A stretch of 64,000 nt of DNA from a virus (Duplodnaviria > Heunggongvirae > Uroviricota > Caudoviricetes): IMG/VR virus record IMGVR_UViG_3300036453_000040. The stretch is one strand, 5' to 3'. The notes under the pieces were generated by a model. That model did no database searches. It was not told the origin of the DNA and worked only from the letters and a program-made list of their open reading frames with translations. A program made the translations under genes and the position numbers. Positions 10,292 through 17,911 of this stretch are shown here, one piece after another (positions within the stretch are counted from its first letter, which is position 1; each line of letters starts with the position of its first letter).

Positions 10292-10297
10292 AAAGCC

Positions 10298-10306
10298 ATC
10301 ATACCA
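10298..10306 (-). promoter_or_regulatory. Extended -10-like element (TGgTATGAT) ending 6 nt upstream of the ATG of the 9362..10291 array gene
   Basis: Coding-strand sequence CATGGTATGATGGCTTT-ATG. The 32-nt spacer is conserved between array members. Confidence 0.4.
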
Positions 10307-10323
10307 TGTCGCCCGAGAATAAT

Positions 10324-11250
10324 CTACCCAGTAATTATCTTAAGCTTCCACGAGAGAGGCAGGTCCTCCCACGGACCCTCACCAGAAATAAGTGTTAAGC
10401 GTGCCTCAACTTTTGCCTCAAGTTCAAGTAAATAGGAGGGCCTCCACTTATAACTCTCGATGTTTTCAATATGATAACTAGCAGAAAGCTCAAGCGGGCA
10501 ATTCAAATTATCATAAGCAAGTTCTTCAATTTTTATATGTCCTTCAGCGTTCGCAAAAAGTTCAGCAAGAAAAACAGAATCAGCATGTGGGTTCGTCACA
10601 ATTCCCACCGCACGATCAAAATTACGAGCGTTTTCGCTATCTACAAACTTTGAAGCGAAAACATATTCAAAAGCATCAGGAACAAAGCGAGGATCAGCAT
10701 ATACCGTTGAATAAATAAGCTTATTTTGAAAATCCGTATTCCTAACCCTTGAAATAAAATCTTCATCACTAACCATGGGGCTGCATAGAAGGTTAGAAAA
10801 GAAAATACGATGCCTACCCGTTGCAAAAATCATCATCTTATCAAAAATGTCTATAACCGATTTACATGTCTCTAGCTCCTCCACACTAACAAAATGATTC
10901 AACTCGTTAGCATAACGAACAATACTTAAAACCTGCTCAAAAGTCGTAGAAGGGTTAACGAAAAAACAAGAAAGAGCAGCCAAATGTGGAGTCTGCTTCG
11001 GTCCCGAAGATTCATACCCCATTAAATTCGTAAAAAGAGCAGAACAAACTTCAGGAGGTAAAGAAGGATTACGAGCAAGGTTAGACAAATGGTAAAGATA
11101 AGCACCTGAAGTTTCCTCCCCAGCATAATCATAATACAACCTAGACAAAAGAGCAGCAGAAGAAAGCGGATCTAAAGAAGCATAAGCTCGATTAGCTCTA
11201 CTCATAGGCATGATAATATTATCAACTGCCGCTTGTGCCAATATGCTCAT
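10324..11250 (-). CDS. Tandem-array family protein
   Basis: C-terminal ...GEGPWEDLPLSWKLKIITG. Confidence 0.65.
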   Translation of the reverse strand: MSILAQAAVDNIIMPMSRANRAYASLDPLSSAALLSRLYYDYAGEETSGAYLYHLSNLARNPSLPPEVCSALFTNLMGYESSGPKQTPHLAALSCFFVNPSTTFEQVLSIVRYANELNHFVSVEELETCKSVIDIFDKMMIFATGRHRIFFSNLLCSPMVSDEDFISRVRNTDFQNKLIYSTVYADPRFVPDAFEYVFASKFVDSENARNFDRAVGIVTNPHADSVFLAELFANAEGHIKIEELAYDNLNCPLELSASYHIENIESYKWRPSYLLELEAKVEARLTLISGEGPWEDLPLSWKLKIITG

Positions 11251-11256
11251 AAACTC

Positions 11257-11265
11257 ATCATATCA
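11257..11265 (-). promoter_or_regulatory. Extended -10-like element (TGaTATGAT) ending 6 nt upstream of the ATG of the 10324..11250 array gene
   Basis: Coding-strand sequence CATGATATGATGAGTTT-ATG. Confidence 0.4.
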
Positions 11266-11282
11266 TGTTGCCAGATAATAAT

Positions 11283-12191
11283 CTACTCAGCAATTATCTT
11301 AAGCTTCCACGATAGAGGCAAGTCCTCCCAAGGGCCATCACTTTGAATTTTCTTAAGGTACTCATCAGCTTTAAGATTAAAAGCCTGCAAATAGGAGGGC
11401 CTCCACTGATATTCGTCCATATTCTTAAGGATAAAATGAGCGGACAACTCTATAGGACAATTCAAGTTTTCGTATATCCATAGTTCAACGCTTTCCTGCC
11501 CTCCCGCATACCTAATAGCTTCAGCTAAAAACTCAGCACTAGAATGCACGTTCGCAAGAATACTTAGTGCATGGTCAAACTCAGCATAGCTCCCCTGAAC
11601 TAAGGAGTCCAAAGCAGAACTATAATCAGCATCACTGGGAATGAAGCGTGAACTAGAATAAATTGTCCAGTTATCAAGTTTCGCTTTAACCTCCTCATCT
11701 AGAATTCTTAACTGAAAATCTTCATCACTAATCAAAGGACTATACAATAACTTAGAAAGAAAAAGCTTACGTCTAGTCTCCAACAAAGGGACAAGTCCAT
11801 CAAAAATCTCAATAGCCGTGTTGCAAGACCTAAGTTCCTTAACCCCTGCAACATTCTTTAAGTTAGTCGCATTACAAATAAGATCCAGTAACTGCTCAAA
11901 AGTAACCAAAGGACTAGAGAAAAAACTGGAAAGCATCTCCAATGACATATGTTTCTCAGGGAACTTATTCTCAACTTCTTTTAAGCTTACGAGAAGAGGG
12001 ATGAGCATATCAGAAGGCAACGAAGGATTACACGCAAGATTAGACAAATGATAATCATGAAAAACTAAACCATCATGGTTCGCATAATCATAGAACAACC
12101 TCCTAAGCAAAGTAGGCGAAGACAACGGGTCACGAGAAGCATGATCTAAGTCAGTTCTACTAATGGGCATAGCCATGTAATCAGAAGTCAT
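11283..12191 (-). CDS. Tandem-array family protein
   Basis: C-terminal ...SDGPWEDLPLSWKLKIIAE. Its start abuts the stop of the upstream paralog. Confidence 0.65.
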   Translation of the reverse strand: MTSDYMAMPISRTDLDHASRDPLSSPTLLRRLFYDYANHDGLVFHDYHLSNLACNPSLPSDMLIPLLVSLKEVENKFPEKHMSLEMLSSFFSSPLVTFEQLLDLICNATNLKNVAGVKELRSCNTAIEIFDGLVPLLETRRKLFLSKLLYSPLISDEDFQLRILDEEVKAKLDNWTIYSSSRFIPSDADYSSALDSLVQGSYAEFDHALSILANVHSSAEFLAEAIRYAGGQESVELWIYENLNCPIELSAHFILKNMDEYQWRPSYLQAFNLKADEYLKKIQSDGPWEDLPLSWKLKIIAE

Positions 12192-13130
12192 TTACTTACC
12201 ACTCTCATAAGGTCGCACCATCTCAAGCTTCCACGATAAAGGTAAATCACCCCATGGTCCCTCGCCTTGCGTTCTCACAAGGTACTCGTCAACTTTTGCC
12301 TCAAGCCCTACCACGTATGAAAGACGCCACTTATACTCGCGTAATCTTTCGCTATGGTACGAAGCCGAAAGCTCAATAGGGCAAACCAAATTTTCATAAA
12401 CAAAAGCTTTATGCGCTCCCTTATGCTTAAGGACCTTAACTAAAAACTCAGGGCTAGCATTCTTATTCATGAGAACGCCCAATACCCCGCGTTCAAGCTT
12501 ACCCTGCCCGTTTGTTATAAAGCTAAACGCAGCATCATAATCAGCAGCGCTAGGAACGAAACGTGGATTATCTAAAAGATCCCAGTTGTCAAGTTTAGAG
12601 CGAACATCTTTGTCTTCCACTCTAAACTTAAAATCTTCATCACTAACCAGAGGACTGCACAGCAGCTTAGTTAGAAAAGAATTGCTTCTTTTAGGTTTCA
12701 CAACAAGGATAAGCTTGTCAAAGACCTCAACAACTGTTTTGCAAGAGCTTAATTCAGCAGGGCTTTCTAAGTCTTCATCGAATATTTTACTAATACAAAT
12801 TGCACTTAGCTCCTGTTCAAAGGTCGTCAAAGGATTAGAGAAAAAGTAGGAAAAAATCTCCATAGCTAAAGTTTTATCTAGGAACCTGTCTCCAAGTACT
12901 TGCACCTTATCCAAAAGAGAATCAAAAATATCTTGAGGCAAGGCAGGGTTCGAAGAAAGGTCCGACAAGTAAACAGGGAACTCGTCCAAATCCACTAAAT
13001 TGTTACCCATAGCAAAGATCTTCCTCAAAAGGGAAGGATGAGTCAACGGGTCCGCAGCAGCAGCCCTTATATCATAAAACTCGTCAGGGATAGCGATGTT
13101 ATCTACTGCCGTCTCGCTTATCGCTATCAT
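12192..13130 (-). CDS. Tandem-array family protein
   Basis: C-terminal ...GEGPWGDLPLSWKLEMVRPYESGK. Confidence 0.65.
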   Translation of the reverse strand: MIAISETAVDNIAIPDEFYDIRAAAADPLTHPSLLRKIFAMGNNLVDLDEFPVYLSDLSSNPALPQDIFDSLLDKVQVLGDRFLDKTLAMEIFSYFFSNPLTTFEQELSAICISKIFDEDLESPAELSSCKTVVEVFDKLILVVKPKRSNSFLTKLLCSPLVSDEDFKFRVEDKDVRSKLDNWDLLDNPRFVPSAADYDAAFSFITNGQGKLERGVLGVLMNKNASPEFLVKVLKHKGAHKAFVYENLVCPIELSASYHSERLREYKWRLSYVVGLEAKVDEYLVRTQGEGPWGDLPLSWKLEMVRPYESGK

Positions 13131-13136
13131 AAACCC

Positions 13137-13145
13137 ATCATATCA
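13137..13145 (-). promoter_or_regulatory. Extended -10-like element (TGaTATGAT) ending 6 nt upstream of the ATG of the 12192..13130 array gene
   Basis: Same architecture as the other array spacers. Confidence 0.4.
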
Positions 13146-13162
13146 TGTTGCCCGAGAATAAT

Positions 13163-14074
13163 CTACATGGTAATCATCTTAAGCTTCCACGATAGAGGCA
13201 ATTCCTCCCACTGGTCAACACCAGAAATAAGCGTAAGATACTCGTTAGCCTTAAGATTAAGAGTAAGCAAAGCAGAAGGCCTCCACCTATACTCATCTAG
13301 ATTTTCCAGAATAGCATGTGCAGATAACTCAATAGGGCAATTCAAGTTTTCGTATACCCACGCTTCAGCACTCTCCTCCCCCGCTGTATAACTGATAACG
13401 TTAGTTAGAAACTCGATGCTAGAATTCGGGTTAGCTAAAATACTTAACCCATGGTCGAACTCATCAGGCCTAACAGAGACCAGAGATACCAAAGCATCAC
13501 GATAGTCAGCATCACTAGGGACAAAGCGTACGCTAGAACAAATTGTCCATTCGTGAAGCTTAGGCCTAACGTTAACGTCCGCAATCCTCAACTGAAAATC
13601 CTCATCGCTAACAAACGGGCTACATAACAGTCTAGTCAGAAAAACCTTATGATTATAATCAGCTAAAGGAACTAGCCTATCAAAAATCTCAACTACAGTC
13701 CTCGAAGACCTAACCTTACTACCGTCTACGATATTTTTCACATAAGCAGAATTACACACAATATATAGTACCTGCTCAAATGTTGTCAAAGGGTTAAAGA
13801 AAAAGTTAGAAAGCATGCCTGCTGACATAGCCATCATCAAGGGAAACTTCTCCTCCACATCTTTCAACGTCAAAAGCAGACCCGTGAAAACATCAAAAGG
13901 TAAGGAAGGATTACGAGCAAGATCAGACAAATGGTAGTCTTGAAAAGAATAACCACTTTGCTTCTCGTAATCATAAAACAACCTCCTCAGTAAAGCAGGA
14001 GAAGACAACGGGTCAGAAGAAGCATTATTCAAGTCAGTTCTACGAGCAGGCATTACAACGTGATCAGTAATCAT
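13163..14074 (-). CDS. Tandem-array family protein
   Basis: C-terminal ...GVDQWEELPLSWKLKMITM. Very similar to the adjacent 14075..15019 paralog. Confidence 0.65.
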   Translation of the reverse strand: MITDHVVMPARRTDLNNASSDPLSSPALLRRLFYDYEKQSGYSFQDYHLSDLARNPSLPFDVFTGLLLTLKDVEEKFPLMMAMSAGMLSNFFFNPLTTFEQVLYIVCNSAYVKNIVDGSKVRSSRTVVEIFDRLVPLADYNHKVFLTRLLCSPFVSDEDFQLRIADVNVRPKLHEWTICSSVRFVPSDADYRDALVSLVSVRPDEFDHGLSILANPNSSIEFLTNVISYTAGEESAEAWVYENLNCPIELSAHAILENLDEYRWRPSALLTLNLKANEYLTLISGVDQWEELPLSWKLKMITM

Positions 14075-15019
14075 TTACTTGTCACTCTTATAAAATCTTA
14101 CCATTTCAAGTTTCCATAATAGAGGTAAGTCCTCCCAAGGACCCTCACCAGAAATAAGCGTTAAGCGCGCCTCAACTTTCGCCTCAAGCTCGACCAAATA
14201 CGAGGGCCTCCACTTGTACTCGTTTAATCTTTCCATATGATATGAGGCTGAAAGCTCAATAGGGTAATTCAAGTTTTCGTATACCCACATCTCAACACTC
14301 TCCCGCCCCGCCGCATAACCGTGCGCCTGAACTAGAAACTCAGGCGTAGAATTCGGATTCTCCATGATACTCAGTTTATCATCGAAGGTAACCATGTCAA
14401 ACGAAGCCAACGCAGCTAAAGCGCCCTCATAGTCAGCATCACTAGGAGTGAACCGTGCGCTAGAGCAAAGACCCCACTCATGAAGCTTAGGTCTAACATC
14501 ATCATCCATAATCCTCACCTGAAAGTCCTCATTGCTAACCCACGAGCTACACAATAGCCTAGTCAAGAAACCCTTATGGTCATCGTTAGCTAAAGGAACC
14601 AGCCTATCGAAAATCTCAACTACAGTCTTCGAAGACTTGACTTTATCAACGTCTACAATATTTTTCACATGGACAGAGTTAGAAACAACATACAACACCT
14701 GCTCAAATGTTGTCGAAGAGTTCAAAAGAAAATTAGAAAGCAGGTCAATTGACTGCGAGGGAATGGAAGAGGACTTGTCCTCCACCTCTTTCAGCTTCAA
14801 GAGTAGCGCCGTGAAAACATCAGGAGGTAACGCAGGATTCCGCGCAAGATCAGACAAATGTGAATCATGAAAAGTATTTCCGCTATGGTCACTGTAATCA
14901 TAGTACAGTCTCCTCAGAAGAGCGGGAGATGACAACGGATCAGAAGAAGCATTATTCAAGTCAGCTCCACTAATAGGCATCACAACGTGATCGACCGCTA
15001 ACCTATCCTGTGTATGCAT
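14075..15019 (-). CDS. Tandem-array family protein
   Basis: C-terminal ...GEGPWEDLPLLWKLEMVRFYKSDK. Confidence 0.65.
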   Translation of the reverse strand: MHTQDRLAVDHVVMPISGADLNNASSDPLSSPALLRRLYYDYSDHSGNTFHDSHLSDLARNPALPPDVFTALLLKLKEVEDKSSSIPSQSIDLLSNFLLNSSTTFEQVLYVVSNSVHVKNIVDVDKVKSSKTVVEIFDRLVPLANDDHKGFLTRLLCSSWVSNEDFQVRIMDDDVRPKLHEWGLCSSARFTPSDADYEGALAALASFDMVTFDDKLSIMENPNSTPEFLVQAHGYAAGRESVEMWVYENLNYPIELSASYHMERLNEYKWRPSYLVELEAKVEARLTLISGEGPWEDLPLLWKLEMVRFYKSDK

Positions 15020-15025
15020 AAAACA

Positions 15026-15034
15026 ATTATACCA
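15026..15034 (-). promoter_or_regulatory. Canonical extended -10 element (TGGTATAAT) ending 6 nt upstream of the ATG of the 14075..15019 gene
   Basis: Coding-strand sequence CTGGTATAATTGTTTT-ATG. It sits in the 20-nt spacer after the stop of the upstream paralog. Confidence 0.45.
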
Positions 15035-15039
15035 GAAGC

Positions 15040-15984
15040 TTACGCATTGTACAAGCTGGCAACCATCTTAAGTTTCCATGATAGAGGCAGGTCCTCCCAA
15101 GGCCCCTCACCTTGCATGCTTGTAAGATACTCGTCAAGTTTCAACTTAAGGCCAAGCACATAAGAAGGCCTCCACCTATAAGACTCTAAATTCTTAAGAT
15201 GAAAACTAGCAGAAAGCTCAATAGGGCAATTCAAATTCTGATATACCCAATTAGAAAGAACATAACCGTCCTCCGCATGCCCTAATACTTCAACCAAAAA
15301 CGCAGGACTAGCATTTTCATTTAAAATAATACTTCTTACACTATTAGAGAGACTCCCATCAACCAAAGCCTTTAAGAACCGCTCATAATCAACAGGAGTA
15401 GGAATAAAACGCGAGTTTATAACAATATTCCACAAGTCAAGTGTAAGCGGCTGCTCCTTGAAATCAATTCGTGCTCGGAAATCTTCACCACTAACCAGCG
15501 GACTACATAGCAGCATGGACATAAAATACTTATGCCTAAAATCAAGAAGCGGGCGCAGACCATCAAAAAGCTCAACAACAGTTCTAGAAGACCGAAGCTC
15601 TTCAAGACCTACAATATCACGCAAATTCGCAGAATCACAAACAATACTTAACACCTGCTCAAAAGTCGTTAAAGGACTAAGAAAAAAGTTAGACAAAAAA
15701 TCATACGCCATAGGCGGCATAGGAGCGACCGAAAGCATGTCCTCCGCTTGCTTCAGTTTCACTAAAAGAATGCTGAATAAGTCAACTGGCAACGCAGGGT
15801 TAAAGGCAAGCTCCGCCAAACTATAGCACTCCGTCATACCTAAAACATCATGGCTGTTATGATCATCAAAAATCTGCCAAAGTACAGCAGGAGGAGTCAA
15901 CGGGTCATTAGCAGCGCTCATTAAGTCATTGCTACCTGTAGGCATAGCGAAAGCCGCAACCACTGTATTTTCCGCCCTAGTCAT
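15040..15984 (-). CDS. Tandem-array family protein (first, promoter-proximal member)
   Basis: C-terminal ...GEGPWEDLPLSWKLKMVASLYNA. Confidence 0.65.
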   Translation of the reverse strand: MTRAENTVVAAFAMPTGSNDLMSAANDPLTPPAVLWQIFDDHNSHDVLGMTECYSLAELAFNPALPVDLFSILLVKLKQAEDMLSVAPMPPMAYDFLSNFFLSPLTTFEQVLSIVCDSANLRDIVGLEELRSSRTVVELFDGLRPLLDFRHKYFMSMLLCSPLVSGEDFRARIDFKEQPLTLDLWNIVINSRFIPTPVDYERFLKALVDGSLSNSVRSIILNENASPAFLVEVLGHAEDGYVLSNWVYQNLNCPIELSASFHLKNLESYRWRPSYVLGLKLKLDEYLTSMQGEGPWEDLPLSWKLKMVASLYNA

Positions 15985-16128
15985 AAAACAACTCTACCAC
16001 GGAACGAACCCAATATACAAGCCCAATATTCGCTTGCCGTCCGCATGGGTATTACTATCAGAGCACAAGCGAATATGCTGATGAGAGCATATTTAAAGCC
16101 TATTTTCTGCCCTGCATTTGACAAGGTA

Positions 16129-16137
16129 TGGTATAAT
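16129..16137 (+). promoter_or_regulatory. Extended -10 element (TGgTATAAT) upstream of the zinc-ribbon/Vsr-like gene
   Basis: ttgacaaggtatggtataattagaat. The ttgaca is too close (8 nt) to act as a -35, so activity would rely on the extended -10. Confidence 0.4.
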
Positions 16138-16180
16138 TAGAATATGCCTCACCTATACAACCACGGAGCTTGGTAACCAC

Positions 16181-17872
16181 ATGACAACATATCGCGCACC
16201 CAAAGCAGGCATGTCGCTAGCAGAAAAACGCCCCGACCTAGCCGCCATGTGGCACCCCACGGCCAATGGAGACATAACGCCCGCCGACATAGGTGCAAGA
16301 GCAAGACAAGTATTCTGGTGGAGCTGTGACTGCGGGAATGACTTTGAGCGGGATTTATGTCTCCTTGCTAATGCTGCTGTCATATGCGATAACTGCAAGA
16401 AAGCCAGCCCGAAATCTCTACTTAAGGGTAAGAAAGTTTTGGATATACCCCTGTTAGCAAAACATTGGGACCCAGCGAACCCTGACGTAGCCTCCACTAC
16501 AACGGTAGGGTCTCACATAGAATTCTCATGGGTCTGTGACGTTGGCAACAAGTACCCTAGAGCTGTGCACATTGAGTGGGGGTCAGAAGGCAAGTGTCCC
16601 ATATGTACCAATAAAAGGGTACTCGAAGGATTCAACGATCTTGCTAGTCGGCGTCCTGACTTTCTAGCTGAATGGGATTACAACGAGAATGCCCTTATTG
16701 ACCCAACACAAATAACTTATGGTCATACTGAACCTGTGGCTTGGAAATGTAAGCAGGGACATAAGTGGTCCGTGTCCCCTGCTTCTAGAGTTTCTCGAAA
16801 AAGTGGATGCGGAGTATGCTCAAACAAGTTTCTTCTGAGCGGCTTCAACGACCTTAAAACTCAATGGCCTGAAATTGCGAAATATTACGACAATATCAGA
16901 AACCCTAAAGACTCCAGCAATATTGGCCCAGGCAATATGAGGACGGACTTATGGTGGGTCTGCGACCTTAACCATGGCTATACACGTTCCATCGCAGAAC
17001 AAATACGATTTGGCCCAAAATGTGAAATCTGTCGTAATAAGATTTTGTTACGAGGTTTTAACGATCTAGCCACTGTTGACCCGAAGTTAGCTGCTGAATG
17101 GGATGAAGAAAAGAATGGTATAGCAGCAAGTGATTTTATCTATAAGCATCATAACAAAAACTTCTGGTGGAAGTGCGTAGCTGAAGGCCATTCATGGGAA
17201 ACCTACTTTACAAATCGCTGTAGGACAAAACAGCCTACTAATTGCCCTTATTGTTCCAACAAGCTTTTTCTCCCAGAGTTTAATTCCCTCTCAGCTATGC
17301 GCCCTGATATAGCAGAAGAACTAGATGAGCCAGACATTACGGGCTGGGAGATACCTTTCGGTAGCCCTAACAATTATAACTGGAAATGTTCAGAGGGCCA
17401 TATTTGGAATGTAAGCGTTTCTCAGCGTTGCCATAACAACAGCGGCTGTATGCTTTGCTCAAAGTCAAATACTTCTGTAATCGAAACTAGACTTAGAACG
17501 CTAGTTATTGAGGGCGGACTTATGACAAATATCCCAGAAGATGATAACACGCGTATCATGATCCCTTTCGGCAATAGGAAATACATGCGCGTTGATATCG
17601 TGGGGAAAGTAGCTGGCAAAAAGTGCGTGATTGAATATGATAGCTTTCATTGGCATCAAGAAAAGTATGAGATAGATAACAGGAAAACAAACCTCCTGCT
17701 CAATGACGGCTATATTGTAATTCGTATCCGTGAGCAAAAACTATTAACGCTTGAAGATGTACCCGCCTCACCCTCCTACGTTGAGCTATTAGACGTTCAC
17801 CCTAATAGCCATAATGGGATTGCTAGGATTATGGAACGCGTAGAAGAAGCGCTTAAAACCATTATGGCCTAA
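16181..17872 (+). CDS. Protein with about 7 repeated zinc-ribbon modules and a C-terminal Vsr/DUF559-like endonuclease-fold domain
   Basis: Repeated motifs GFNDL...W(D)...C..GH.W...R.....C..C. C-terminal RVDIVGK...CVIEYDSFHWH...DNRKTNLL..GYIVIRIRE matches the DUF559/Vsr-like pattern. Start moved to the Met downstream of the promoter element. Confidence 0.55.
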   Translation: MTTYRAPKAGMSLAEKRPDLAAMWHPTANGDITPADIGARARQVFWWSCDCGNDFERDLCLLANAAVICDNCKKASPKSLLKGKKVLDIPLLAKHWDPANPDVASTTTVGSHIEFSWVCDVGNKYPRAVHIEWGSEGKCPICTNKRVLEGFNDLASRRPDFLAEWDYNENALIDPTQITYGHTEPVAWKCKQGHKWSVSPASRVSRKSGCGVCSNKFLLSGFNDLKTQWPEIAKYYDNIRNPKDSSNIGPGNMRTDLWWVCDLNHGYTRSIAEQIRFGPKCEICRNKILLRGFNDLATVDPKLAAEWDEEKNGIAASDFIYKHHNKNFWWKCVAEGHSWETYFTNRCRTKQPTNCPYCSNKLFLPEFNSLSAMRPDIAEELDEPDITGWEIPFGSPNNYNWKCSEGHIWNVSVSQRCHNNSGCMLCSKSNTSVIETRLRTLVIEGGLMTNIPEDDNTRIMIPFGNRKYMRVDIVGKVAGKKCVIEYDSFHWHQEKYEIDNRKTNLLLNDGYIVIRIREQKLLTLEDVPASPSYVELLDVHPNSHNGIARIMERVEEALKTIMA

Positions 17873-17911
17873 ACTATTTCTAGTTTAGGCCATAATGGCT
17901 TACTTATTTAC

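Noticed and set aside
16118-16180. The ORF-track start at 16118 for the zinc-ribbon protein
   Set aside because: That start coincides with the ttgaca/TGgTATAAT promoter-like element. The downstream Met at 16181 is more plausible.
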